Assembly (NCBI RefSeq): GCF_006345805.1
Contig: NC_043022.1
Location: 9,176,001 to 9,240,000, forward strand
Reading direction: 5' to 3'
Length of the DNA: 64,000 bases
Source of the DNA: Octopus sinensis
Lineage: Eukaryota
In this document: positions 49,651 through 62,487 of the stretch, piece after piece
Position numbering within the stretch: position 1 is the stretch's first letter
Layout: every line of letters starts with the position of its first letter
Notes under the pieces: model-generated
What the model saw: the letters and a program-made list of their open reading frames with translations, nothing else
Databases searched by the model: none
What the model was told of the DNA's origin: nothing
Translations under genes and position numbers: made by a program

Positions 49651-50875
49651 GGCAGCATGACTCAAACACCTCCGCCCACAAACCACACACATAAAAGGTT
49701 CTGGTGGAACCTCATCAGCAATGCGCAGGAGCAATCTATCCAGCGTTACCCTACTGAGGACCTTTCCAGCAACAGCTAACAGACAGATGCCGCGATAATT
49801 ATCACAGACATCCTTTCCACCTTTAGATTTATGTAGTATCTCCATAGTTGCATCACGCCAATCCAGAGGAACCTCTTCACTTTGCCAAACCCTCTGAATC
49901 ACATCCGTCAACATTGTACAGAGATGATCACCACCGTATTTATATATCTCTGCACCTAGTCCATCCATACCAGGGGCCTTTCCATTGTTCAATTTCCTGA
50001 TTGCTGCTTTTATTTCAGCCAGGTTTCGAACTTGTACTATAAGATGTTTTTTTTATTGGTCTCTCAGGTATATTATCAAGAAAAGGGAGATCAACTTCAG
50101 TGGGTCTATTGGGCAACTCAACATGTTCTTTCCATCTCCCAACAATATCTTTAGGGTTTACTCTTTTACTTGTTTCAGTCATGTGACTGTGGCCATGCTG
50201 GAGCACCGCCTTTAGTCAAGGAAATCGACCCCAGGACTTATTCTTTGTAAGCCTAGTACTTATTCAATCGGTCTGTTTTGCCGAACCGCTAAGTTACAGG
50301 GAGGTAAACACACCAGCATCAGTTGTCAAGCAATGTTGGGGGGACAAACACAGACACACAAACATATACACACACATACATATACACACACATACATATA
50401 TATATATATACATATATACGACGGGCTTCTTTCAGTTTCCGTCTACCAAATCTACTCACAAGGCTTCGGTTGGCCCGAGGCTATAGTAGAAGACACTTGC
50501 CCAAGGTACCACGCAGTGGAGCTGAACCCGGAACCGTGTGGTTGGTAAGCAAGCTATTTACCACACAGCCACTCCTACGCCTATTTGTTAATAATTCTGT
50601 GCCATCCTTGCTCCAAAGTGGCACAACCTTTGATGAAACTGGTCTCTCAAGAGAGAGTAAAAAAGTTTGGAATTGTTAGCATTTGAAGCTTCTTGGATTT
50701 CATCGCCATCTATCACTCCACCAATTTTCCTGCATCATCCATAGCTTCCTCTGCACTGTTACTTTTACTGCCTTGAAATATGTAGCCACTGTCCTGTTCG
50801 TTGACATGTCAACATTTTGCAACATGTTAAATGCCTTTCGCTTTTCCTCTAACCCAAACCCTAACCCATCAAAGG
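49650..50875 (-). mobile_element. RTE (BovB-like) LINE fragment, interrupted by a SINE and internally deleted
   Basis: EEKRKAF..VQRKLWMMQENWWS, SKDGTELLT/NPKDIVGRWKEH, NGKAPGMDGLGAEIYK, DWRDA..KSKGGKDVCDNYRGICLLAVAGKVLSR, then fused to the C-terminal FMCVVCGRRCLS zinc-knuckle-like motif. Confidence 0.85.
50160..50582 (-). mobile_element. SINE family A nested in the RTE LINE
   Basis: Splits the LINE peptide ELLT|NPKD. Confidence 0.9.
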
Positions 50876-50944
50876 GCGGAGGAACTACAATGTAGTCAAT
50901 GGCCATTCAACTATGTGTATTTGTGGAGTGTTTGTGTGTGTATA

Positions 50945-51935
50945 TACTCTTACTCTTTTACTTGTTTCAGTCATTTGACTGTGGCCATGCTGGAGCACCG
51001 CCTTTAGTCAAGCAAATCGACCCTAGGACTTATTCTTTGCAAGCCTAGTACTTATTCTTTTGGTCTCTTTTGCCGAACCGCAAAGTTACGGGGACATAAA
51101 CACACCAGCATCGGTTGTCAAGTGATGTTGGGGGGGGGGGGGGCAAACACAGACACAGAACCATATACACACACACATACATATATATATACATATATAC
51201 GACGGGGTTCTTTCACTTTCTGTGTGTATTGTATATATTGCATTTCAGCATGTGTGTGTACATATTGTATATTGTGATTTTAAATTGTATATATTGTATA
51301 TTTAAATTGTATGTCAATCTTATTTTTAATTTTACTCACTTTTATCTCAATTTTTAATTCGTGTTTATTTCTCTTATTTTGGTTTTTTTCTTCTTTTTTC
51401 TTTTAATAAATAGATGAGAGGTGGATAGAGCTCCTCTAGTTACCTATGCCATAGCAAAAGCAGTCTATCTAGGAAAAAAGTAACTGTCAATTTAAATACT
51501 TCACTGGTGTCTTGTAGTTAGCCTTGGGTTGGGCAAAGACTGGGAGAAGGACACTCTCATATAAAACCTGCGACTGCAAATGCACCCAATAATGGCGACT
51601 TGCTCTTCTTTTTGGATCATGCTTTGCAGTCAACAAAACCAAAAACAAACAATACACGAAATAAAAAATATAAAATGGGGACGTAAACACACCAGCATCA
51701 GTTGTCAAGTGATGTTGGGGGGACCAAAAACAGACACACAAACATATATACACACACACATACATATATACGACGGGCTTCTTTCAGTTTCAGTCTACCA
51801 AATCCACTCACAAGGCTTTGGTTGGCACGAGGCTATAGTAGAAGACACTTGCCCAAGGTGCCACGTAGTGGGACTGAACCCGGAACCATGTGGTTGGAAA
51901 GCAAGCTACTTACCACGCAGCCACTCCTACGCCTA
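50945..51935 (-). mobile_element. Two overlapping SINE family A parts (50945-51220, 51677-51935) separated by ~450 bp of unclassified DNA
   Basis: The GGGGAC.TAAACACACCAGCATC segment is present in both parts. Confidence 0.75.
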
Positions 51936-51992
51936 TTATGCATACATATGTTTATATGTACACACACACCACACACACACACACACACATAC

Positions 51993-52066
<74 letters not shown>

Positions 52067-52328
52067 CTGGGATTTCGTTATTTTCTTCCTTTTTTGCCAT
52101 ATACAGGTTACAAATTCTGTTTGTTTGTGGAGACTTTTTATTAGAAGAAATAGTGATTAATTTGACTGCTATTTCTAATATTTTCGGTATGTGGTTTTGA
52201 GCAACTTGTAATTAACCCTTAATTATAATTATTATAACCCTTACCAAATATGGTCTTTTCCATACCGATAAATCTACTAGGTGAAATTTATTAATTTTAT
52301 TAAATTAATTATATTCCACCCTTTTTTG

Positions 52329-52393
<65 letters not shown>

Positions 52394-53733
52394 ATATATA
52401 CACACATATATATACACACACATGCGCATCTATAAACACACCACACACACACCTATGTGAATTAAACAAAAGGCTTCCATACAGTGAGTGTTCACTAATT
52501 CTAGATAAAAGGCATTGCTTGGTCCGTGGTTACTGTCTGCGACATTTGTTGTCCAAGGTCCCACACAGGAGGATAGAAAGAAAAACCACCCAGTTATGAA
52601 GCAAATTCACAATATCTCCATACAGCCATGCCATAAGCTGTGCTTATACACATCCATACCAGTCTCTTACTGTAAACAAAAACTAATATATTCGGTAGAG
52701 CTGTACTTGTTTGTCGAGTGTCTTGATTGACGATCCTGGTGAAACTGAAACAATTACACAGGGGAAGAATCATGTCAGTTATTTAAAACACAAACACATA
52801 TATATATATATTTATCTATATATATATACTGTTATAGTCACTTTTTTTTACTTTTATATCATGCTAGTATATATAGACACACAGCCAAACACACACAAAC
52901 TATAATGCCACAAAAATGTTGTCCGACAACTAAAACTTGGTCAGTGATGCAAAGATGCATAGGAATTGTGTCAATGAATGGGTGGTTGATGGATGATAAG
53001 AATTCTTTTAATGCTTTATATTATACAAGTACTAAAGGTGGTGAACTGACAGAATCATTAGCGCACCGGGTAAAATACTTAGCAGCATTTCAGGACGTTC
53101 TGAGTTCAAATTCCACCAAGGTTGACCTTGCCTTTCATCCTTTTGGGGGTCAATAAAATAAGCACCAGTTGAACACTGGGGTCGATGTAATTGACTCATC
53201 CCCTCCCCCAAAATTGCTGCCCTTGTGACAAAATTCGAAACCATTATACAAGTACCATTATAGGTGTGGCTGTGTGGTTAAGAAGCCTGCTTCCCTGCCA
53301 TGTGGTCTTGGGTTCATTCTCACAGCGTGTTTTCTCAGACAAGTGTCCTCTATTATAGCTCCAGGTTGACAAAAGCCTTGTGAGTGGATTGGGAGGGTGG
53401 AAACTGAGAGAAGCCTGTCAGATGCCAACACTGCTGATGTTAACACCAACAGAACAGACTGCTTGTGAAATTAACATTCAAGTGGCTGAATACTCCACAG
53501 GCATGCATACTCTTAATGTAGTTCTCAGGGATATTCAACATGATACAGAAGGTGGCCCTTTGAAATACAGGAACTACTCATTTTTGCCAGCTGAGTGGAC
53601 TGGAGCAACATGAAATAAAGTGTCTTGCCAGGTATTGAACTCAAGACCTTTTGATTGTGAGCCAAATACTCTAACCACTTAGACATAAGCCTTCACAGAT
53701 GGCCACTACTATGCATAAAACAAAAGTCAATAA

Positions 53734-54085
53734 TAGGTGCAGGAGTGGCTGAGTGATAAAAAGCTTGCTTCTCAAGCACATGCTTCCAGGTTCAGTCCCA
53801 CTGCATGACAACTTGGGCAAGAGTCTTCTACTATAGCCTTGGGCTGACCAAAACCTTGTGAATGGATTTGGTAGGTGGAAACTGAAAGAAGCCCATCGTC
53901 TAGATATACATATACACGTGTGTCTGTACCCCACTATCACTTGACAACCAATGGTGTATTTCCACTCTGTAACTTAGCAGTTCGGCAAAAGAGACTGATA
54001 GAATAAGTCCTGAGGCCAATTTCTCCTACAAAGGTGGTGCTCCAGCAAGGCCACCATTAAATGACTGGAACAAGTAAAAGAATAA
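53734..54085 (+). mobile_element. SINE family A
   Basis: A/B boxes, body and tail. Confidence 0.8.
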
Positions 54086-54533
54086 CAATTGTATACACGT
54101 GTGTGTGTGTGTGTGTGTTTAATTAGCTATGATTCCACCACAGTGTAAATACTAATTTATTTTCTGAGTAAATAAATGAAATATTATTAATTTATGGTTT
54201 ATATATATATGAAAAAGAAAAACGCTTAAGTGCAGACAAATGTCAACAAACAAACTAACACAGTAGAACTGACATTTGAGGATTCAGTGTAGCATTGTAG
54301 CAGACATCTGCCAGACTGGCGCCATAATTAATGAAATGAATGGAAGGAACATTCAAAAGATCAGGCAGAGGCGTGGCTGTGTAATGAGAAGTTTGCTTCC
54401 CAACCACAGGGTTTTGGGTTCAGTCCCACTGTGTGGCATCTTGGGCAGGTGTTTTCTACTATGACCCCCAGGTCAATTAAAGCCATGTGAGTGGATATGG
54501 TAGGTGGAAACTGAAAGAAGCCCATTGTATGTA

Positions 54534-54918
54534 GGAGGGGATGCTGAAAAGTTCCTGGTTTTAAGGGTATCGTGAAAGGCCTAGCTGGAGACCTAACTTT
54601 CCAAGTTCTTTTAAAAGGCTTAGAAAAACTGAAGGACCACTTCAATATGTGAATCTGAGAGGGAAATATGTTGATGGAAACTGAAGAAAGCCCATTGTAT
54701 GTAGGAGGGGATGCTGAAAAGTTCCTGTTTTTAAGGGTATCATGAAAGGCCTGGTTGGAGTCCTAACCTTCCAAGTTCTTTTTCAGGGCTTAGAAAAACT
54801 GAAGGACCATTGCAACAAGTGTAAATGTGAGAGGGGAATATGTTGAATAAAATTATAATTAATTGATCCTGCTGTATTTTCTTTTACCTGAAACCAGGAA
54901 CTTTTCGGCAACCTCTTG
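54534..54918 (+). mobile_element. mariner-derived MITE (54704-54918) preceded by a ~170-bp tandem duplication of the SINE-MITE junction
   Basis: TIRs GAGGGGATGCTGAAAAGTTCCTG / CAGGAACTTTTCGGCAACCTC with TA; encodes the mariner C-terminus FFSGLRK/LEKLKDHCNKCVN.RGEYVE; further copies at 56195-56346 and 56380-56910. Confidence 0.8.
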
Positions 54919-55394
54919 TATATGTGTGTAATAAAAAGTTTGCTTCCCAATCACATAGTTACACGTTCAGTTCCATTGTGTGGTACCTTGAGTATGTGTC
55001 GTTCTATTTTTTTTTTAAACAAGTAGGGTGTGATTCAAGGGAGATTTGTCTAGCCTTTATAGCATGTTGTATGTCTCCAGAGAGGTTCCTGGTTCGGTGC
55101 ATTTACAAGTTGTTGCTTAGCCAGAGAACAACCCTCATCAAGTAGAAATAGAGTCAAATGTGCTCCAGCTGTGACCATCCTGTTGTATTTTCAAGCGCTG
55201 TATACCTAAGATCACATTATCCAGTGTGTTCCTTTTTATAACACAGTAGGATGTGAGGCAAGAAAAAATTTGCCTGCTATTTCTAGCATTTCACAGGTGG
55301 ATCCTTGGCAAGGCTTAGCACTTGGTAACCACCTGAATCTGGGTGAAGTTGAAATCATGGGATGGAACATAACAGATGTAAATTATTTCAACAG

Positions 55395-55775
55395 ATGGAG
55401 TGGCTGTGTGGTAAGTAGCTTGCTTATAAACCACATGGTTCCGGGTTCAGTCTCACTGCGTGGCACCTTGGGCAAGTGTCTTCTACTATAGCCTCGAGCC
55501 AACCAAAGCCTTTTGAGTGGATTTGGTAGACAGAAACTGAAAGAAGCCCATCGTAAATATGTATATATATGTATGTATGTGTGTATATGTTTGTGTGTCT
55601 GTGTTTGTCCCCCAACATCACTTGACAACCAATGGTGGTGTGTTTATGTCCCCGTAACTTAGCGGTTCGGCAAAGAGACCAATAGAATAAGTACTGGGGT
55701 CGATTTGCTCGACTAAAGGTGGTGCTCCAGCATGGCCACAGTCAAATGACTGAAACAAGTAAAAGAGTAAAAGAG
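55395..55775 (+). mobile_element. SINE family A
   Basis: A/B boxes, body and tail. Confidence 0.85.
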
Positions 55776-56347
55776 ATGAACTTACTGAGTCAATGATGAA
55801 TATCATCAGATGCTGAGTGGATGAAGACAACAAACTGTCAATGGTCAGGATCAACCAGTTCAGTTAGCAAACTACTGCTATCTTAGGTAGTCATTTAGCT
55901 ATTAATAGATCAATGTGACTAACTGATGTGGACAAGTCGCTCAACCAGATGGTAATGATTTTGAGCAGGTTGAACGACCATGCAGAGGCTTCCACTTTAC
56001 CTTACGGTTGTGTTGCTATCCCCATCAAACAGATTTATACTCAAAGTAGCTTTAGATTTGACAAATCCATTTTTTTTTTTTACCCCAGATAGTTTATCTA
56101 GGACAGTAACAACAAACCTTCCTTTAACCTGGAATGTTTATCTAATTTCATTAATAACTCTGTTATTAGAGTGTCATTTACATCATCATCATCATTTCAG
56201 AGTTCTTTTACAGGGATTAGAAAAACTGAAGTAAGGCTGTAATAACTGTGAATCTGAGAGGGGAATATGTTGCATAAAATCCTAATTAACTGATTCTCCT
56301 GTATTTTCTTTTACCCAAAGCCAGGGACTTTTAAGCACTCCCTCGTG

Positions 56348-56378
<31 letters not shown>

Positions 56379-56518
56379 TACAAAAGATGCTGACAAATTT
56401 CTGGCTTCAAGGGTATCGCAAAGTGCCTGGTTGGAGGCCTAACCATCTGTGTTCTTTTACAGAGCTTAGAAAAACTGAAGGACCGCTGCAATAAGTGTGC
56501 GAATCTGAGAGTGGAATA

Positions 56519-56881
56519 TCTCTCTATATATAAATGGCAAAATGTCTGCGTGCGTGTCCTTTATACAAATCCACAATTTTTCAGTCAGAGGGCTCGCACT
56601 TTCTATGGTTGTTGAAAACCGTCCAAGGGTGGTCGTGACATCTTTACATTTCCCCAGTCACCCAGCAAAGCCATTAAAAAATCAATAGAAGTGACTTTTT
56701 TGTGAATTTTCTATCCAAAACCCAATCAAAATGCCTGAAACTTGATACGCCAATTGAATGCCAGCTAGCTGTATGTGATTGGTCGGAGATTTGGACAGTA
56801 CTCGCGTGTATGTGCGCACGCACACAGCTATATATGCATGCACTAGCACTATGACCCGGCAACGCCGGGTCATAGTGCTAG
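56519..56881 (+). mobile_element. Short non-autonomous Helitron inserted at A^T inside a mariner MITE
   Basis: GGAATA^TCTCTCTATATATAAATGGC ... CTAG^TGATG, no TSD; host MITE sequence resumes exactly; perfect 20-bp terminal stem. Confidence 0.93.
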
Positions 56882-57764
56882 TGATGTATAAAATCATAAT
56901 GAACTGATCATCATCATCATTGCCACTGATGCTTGTGTCACCATTGCCATCTATACCACCACAACCACTACCACAATCATCACCACACCACTATCAGCAT
57001 AGGTTGGGCAAAACTTCTTCAGGAAGTATTCTACGGTTGGTTGCCATTGCTGATGCCAAGCATTATTTTCCAAATAAAGTACTTCATTTTATTCCATATC
57101 TTTACTTGCAGAACAAACAAGCTACCAGATTATTTTCATTTATGTGGGACATAAGCATCACCACCATGGCCTCCAGGACTTATTCTATCAGTCTCTTTAC
57201 TGAACTGCTAAGTTACAGGAATGTAAACACACTAACACTGGTTGTCTAGCCATAATGGGTGACAAATACAGACAGAAAGACACACACACACACATAAATA
57301 TATACAACAAGCTTCTTTCAGTTTCCATCCACTATGTCCATTCACAAGGTTTTGGTCGGCTTGAGGCTATAGTAGAAGACACTTAGCAAAGGTGCCATGC
57401 AGTGGGACTGAACCCAGAACATTGTAGTTGGGAAACAAACTTCTTACCACACGACCACATTCAGGTCCCCTACCAGCATGAGTTCAATAGGTCTAAAGAC
57501 TGTGTTGGGCTCCAATGTTTACTTTAACATGGCTTACACACACACATGTATATATACATATATATGCTTGTATATGTGTGTTTGTGTATATCATTGTCTC
57601 TTTGTATTGACTTCACATAATAGTTTAGAATGGTCATGAAGGCTGCATCTTTTGTTTCTAGTCTTCCATGAAAAACATGTCTGGTCATGGGGAAATATTA
57701 CCTTGTTTGGAAACAGCTGAGGCTTGGCTCCAGGAAGGGCACCAGGCTGTAGAAAAATTTACAG

Positions 57765-58380
57765 AAAGACTTCTGCCCATCCCCACCACCCATTTCCTCC
57801 CAAATTTGTTTATTTTTGTAATTTTTTTTTGCCAAAAATTCCCGTTTTCAGATACAGAGGTTCCAGAAAATTGCCAAACATCGGCATTGTGAAATTTCCA
57901 CCACCCCATTTCCCCACCAACTTCTTCAATTCCTATTTTTTTCCCCAACACTAAGCCTAAAACCCTAACCCTAAAACTGTAACCCTAACCCTAGCCCTAA
58001 AACTCTAACCCTAGCTCTAAAACCCTAACCTTAACCCTAAAACTGTAACTGTAAGTACTGAAATGTTTTGAAATTTTTGTCTGAATCGTGACGTCTGCAT
58101 TTTTCCACATATTTAGAGAAAAAAAAAAAATTTTACAAAGATTTTTGGAAATTTTTTTCAGAATCATAATCTCCATGTTTTTCAGTATATTTTGAAAAAG
58201 AAATTGTGAAAAAAGTTGAAAATAAAGGAAATGGGGGTGGGGATGGTAATTTAGAAAAGTTGATTTTTGCCAATTTTTTTGCAGATTCATATTCCCTGTA
58301 GCCAAAAAGGTGGGTTTGTGTTGAAAAAAAATTTTTTTTAAAGGGTGGTTGGTGGGGGACAGGGGGAAGAAGGTTTGCCA
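57765..58380. mobile_element. Unclassified DNA-transposon-like element with imperfect TIRs and central degenerate (CCCTAA)n (57955-58050)
   Basis: TCCCCACCACCCATTT left vs AAAGGGTGGTTGGTGGGGGA right; about 15 telomere-like hexamers. Confidence 0.5.
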
Positions 58381-58831
58381 AATTTGCCTCAACAAACTCT
58401 TTTCAACCCATGCAAGCATGGAAAAGAGGACATTAAAACAATGATGATGATGTTTTTTTTTTTCACAAATTCAAATGCTATACGATCTGATAAGGAAATG
58501 AGAGGATTTTTTTTTTGTGTTAATCATATGTTGATGGAGAGTTTTTTTTTTTTTTTGCAAGTTGATTATTAATCCTAAAGGAAGTGAATGGTGCCAAGCA
58601 AGAACCAAAACAAAGATATGAGAAACTTGAGATGTCAGATAACTTAACAAGTAAGATCTGGGTTAGCTGAAAGCTAATGTGCAGGAGACTATCATAGTTG
58701 AGATTAGAGTTAGCAAAGACTTAGCTTATCTGGGTATGGGGTAAATTAAGACTCAGATTAGCTGAGATTAGTGGTAGTTGACACTTTGATGTCTGTAGGA
58801 GCTGAACTGTGACTTCTCAGTGCTGTGTCAT

Positions 58832-59600
58832 CTGTCGGTCTCCGTTTAAGATGAGGCAATGATCAAAGAGAGTGATTAGAGCCAGTTGTATTGTGAGGTT
58901 AGAGGTGAAATTTTAAGATTATTGCAAAACACTCTGCAGCAACAGCATGTTTTCTTTGATTAAGAGCAAAAGTCGGAGGCTCAAGGACAATACTGTTGTA
59001 ATTCCGATCATAAACGATGCCGACTGGCACTCCACAGGCAATTGCTTCAATGACCCGGCAGGGAGCCTGTGCAGGAAACCATAGTCAGTTCCGGGGGAGC
59101 GGGGCATGGCTGCATAACAGAAACTTAAAGAAACTGATGGAAAGGCGCAGGAGTGGCTGTGGTAAGTAGCTTGTTTACCAACCACATGGTTCCGGTTTCA
59201 GTCCAACTGCGTGGCACCTTGGGCAAGTATCTTCTACTATGGCCTCGGGCCGACCAAAGCCTTGTGAGTGGATTTAGTAGATGGAAACTGAAAGAAGCCC
59301 GTCGTATATATGTGTATATATATATATATATATGCGTGTGTGTGTTTGTGTGTGTGTGTTTGTCCCCCTAGCATTGCTTGACAACCGTTACTTAGCGGTT
59401 CGGTAAAAGAGACCAATAGAATAAGTACTGGGCTTACAAAAGAATAACTCCCGGGGTCGAGTTGCTCGATTAAAGGTGGTGCTCCAGCATGGCCGCAGTC
59501 AAATGACTGAAACAAGTAAAAGAGTAAAGAGTAAAGAGTAAAAGCATCACCAGGAGTGGGATCTATGTCTTAATTTGACTCCATACAGGAAAACTCACGC
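58832..59600 (+). pseudogene. Decayed 18S rRNA fragment split by a SINE (59144-59543)
   Basis: GTTAGAGGTGAAATT, CATAAACGATGCCGACTGGC, TTGCTTCAATGAC, GTTCCGGGGG, GAAACTTAAAG..ACTGATGGAA | GCATCACCAGGAGTGG..CTTAATTTGACTC..GGAAAACTCAC are collinear with conserved eukaryotic SSU rRNA. Confidence 0.88.
59144..59543 (+). mobile_element. SINE family A, full length with (GAGTAAA)n tail
   Basis: Clean insertion into the rRNA fragment defines both ends. Confidence 0.92.
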
Positions 59601-59604
59601 ATAA

Positions 59605-60400
59605 CAGCTCAAGTTGGAGAGACACCTGATCCAGATTGATCCACTACTTCTACGCACTGAGGGGGAACAGCTCGGGTACTGCAGACATGGGGTTAGAGTG
59701 TTGCAGGAAAAAAATCATAAGATGGATTCCTCAAGCTGAGACAACCAGCAAGAGATTTAGGGATAAATCAAGAATGAGATGGTTGCCTAATATCCATAGT
59801 TTCAGTTGGTCATGCTAGAGACTCCAGCTGGAAAGTGTACGAACAACTGCTTCTGATAGGACCCTATGAAGGCAGTACCTGACCTTCCTAAGATTAATGG
59901 GCAGAGAATTCTTCCTAAGATTAAGGCGGCAAGCTGGCAGAAACATTAGCGCACCGGGTGAAATGTTTAATGGTATTTCGTCCGTCTTTACATTCTGAGT
60001 TCAAATTCCGCCGAGGTCGACTTAGCCTTTCATCCTTTCGGGATCCATTAAATAAGTACCAGTTACGCACTGAGGTCGTTGTAATCAACTTAATCCCTTT
60101 GTCTGTCCTTGTATATCCTCTCTATGTTTAGCCCCTTGTGGGCAATAAAGAAATAAGAATAGTGGGTAGAGAAAATGGATGGATGTATATATAAAAGAAT
60201 CATGAAATGGCCCTTCAAGCTGAGCTAACCGGTAGGCGATCTAGGGATAGCCCATGAACAAGATGATTAAATAATGCAAATAGTCTCGGTCACGTTTGAG
60301 AATTCAGCCAGAAAGTGTAATGATGGTCGTTTTTGATAGAACCCTACAGAGGAGGTGCCTGAGAACTCTACTCCAAAAATTCTCTGAGGAATAGCAGGCA
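59605..60400 (+). mobile_element. Two decayed RTE (Rex3/Expander-like) 3' fragments flanking a family B SINE (59924-60157)
   Basis: KRFRDKSRMRWLPNI and LTGRRSRDSP*TR*LNN..SRLRIQPE resemble the RTE C-terminal RPRGRPRTRW motif. Confidence 0.55.
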
Positions 60401-61184
60401 GAGAAAAGGAATGGATGGAACAGTTGGATTAGCTAAATCTTCATATTGCTCAGATTAGGTTAAGTAAGACTTAGGTTAGCTAGATTTGAAGTACCCGAAA
60501 TGTAAGATTTAGGATTAACTAAGGCTTCAAAAACCTAAGAAAGAATGAGACAAGCAAATCAATTAAGGCTAAGAATTAGATAATTTAATTTCTAAATTAA
60601 TCCTCTCTCTATCATAGTGATAAATAAGGTTGGTAGTTACTGCTAGTAATCTTGTTTTTAACAGGATGATATTGCAGGTAACATATTCAATATGAAAAAG
60701 AAAATTTAACACAGTACCATAAAGCTATGGAAGTCTCAGTGGCACAGAATAAGTCTAATAAGCATTTACAATATATTCATAATGGCTTCCATACAATTTC
60801 CATGCTCTCAGAAATTTTATATAAGGTTTGGATCAACACAAGGATATGGAAGCAGACACTTGTCTACTTGCCCAAAGTAATGCAAAACAGAGTCAAAAAT
60901 GGAGCCCCATACATATTTGCAAAACAAAATTCATAACTACACAATCATATTGGTTGGATGGTTGGTTGGTTTGTTTGTTTGTTGGTGGGTGCTCAAATGA
61001 CTCGATGATTTGTGATGTCTTATATAATCTCCAGTGCAGTGAATTGCGAAATCTGCAGTGGAAATGATATGGGAGATCAATACTAAGAAATCGGCAAGAA
61101 GCAAGAGCGAGGACTTTAATAGAAAATCCATATAACATCAAGGTCAGCATGAGGAAGAAGAAAAAGATTATGATCAGCATTCTC

Positions 61185-61217
<33 letters not shown>

Positions 61218-62487
61218 GTTTCAAATTCCGCAACTAGGGTAGCTTTTGGGGGTGAGGGAATGAGTTGATTACATCGACCCCAGTGTTCAACTGGTATTTA
61301 TTTTATTGACCCCAAAAGGATGAAAAATAAAATCAACCTCAGTGGAATTTGAACTCAGAATGTAGCGGCCAACAAAATACCGCTAAGCCTTTTGCCTGGC
61401 ATGCTAACAACTCTGCTAACTCACCACCTTTCTACTACTACTACTACTAATAATAATAATAATAATGATTTCAAATTTTGGCACAAGGCCAGCAGCTTCA
61501 GGGGAGGGGGTAAGTCGATTACATTGACCCAGTACTCAACTTGGTACTTATTTTATTGACCCCCTTCTACAGACACTTTTCAGCCCCTTGGATATCAGAG
61601 ACTTGTGCACTTTATCTGACCGAAGATTAAAAGGTTTGCACATGCTTCACATTAAAGTGATCAGCAACAGAAAGGCCATCAATTCACACTATGGCCTAAT
61701 GGTTAGGGCATTGAGCTTGCAATCATAAAATTCTAGGATCAATTCTTGGACTAGTCAGTGCATTATATCTTTGAATAAAGCATCTCTCGTAGTTCCTTTC
61801 TACTCAGCTGTAATGAGTAATAAGGGTGTTGGACTAGCTCACACCAGCTGTCACATCTTGTATGTACTGCTGGATCAATGGTGAGGGGTGGGATGAGAGT
61901 GCCTATGTCTACACAAGACTTTATGACAATCAGTGAAAGCATAATATAAGTTACCAATATTCGTCAGAATGGGTCCTGGCAAAATGATAATCATAATGAT
62001 GATGGTGCAACCTCATTGATTTGCAATGCCGGCGACACTTTGAAGGCACCCGCTACAGTCTTGGAGTAGTTGGTGTTAGGAAGGGCATCCAACCATAGAA
62101 ACCAAGCCAAAATCAGACTGGCGCCAGGTACAGCTCTCCTGCTTACCAACTCCAAAGTCAAATTGTGGAACCCAAGCCAGCACAGGAAGCAGAAGCTAAA
62201 TGATGGTGATGATGATGATTAAATTTTTTCCACTATATGCATGAGGTATGAAATTTGTAGGAAGTGGGGGGGGGGGCTAATAAATTACATAGATTCTAAT
62301 GCTCAATTGGTACTTATTTCATCAATCCTGAGAGGATGAAAGGCAAAGCTGACATCAGTGGAATTTGAGTTGAGAACATAGAACTGCAAAAGTGCAGCTA
62401 AACATTTTGTCTGGCATGCTAATGATTTCAGGCTATCTGAAAGAATTATTAATCTTTAGAGAAAATTAATTTAATTTTCATCATCAG

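Noticed and set aside
58832-59600. Functional rRNA gene
   Set aside because: Short fragment with many substitutions and deletions and a SINE insertion; reported as a pseudogene.
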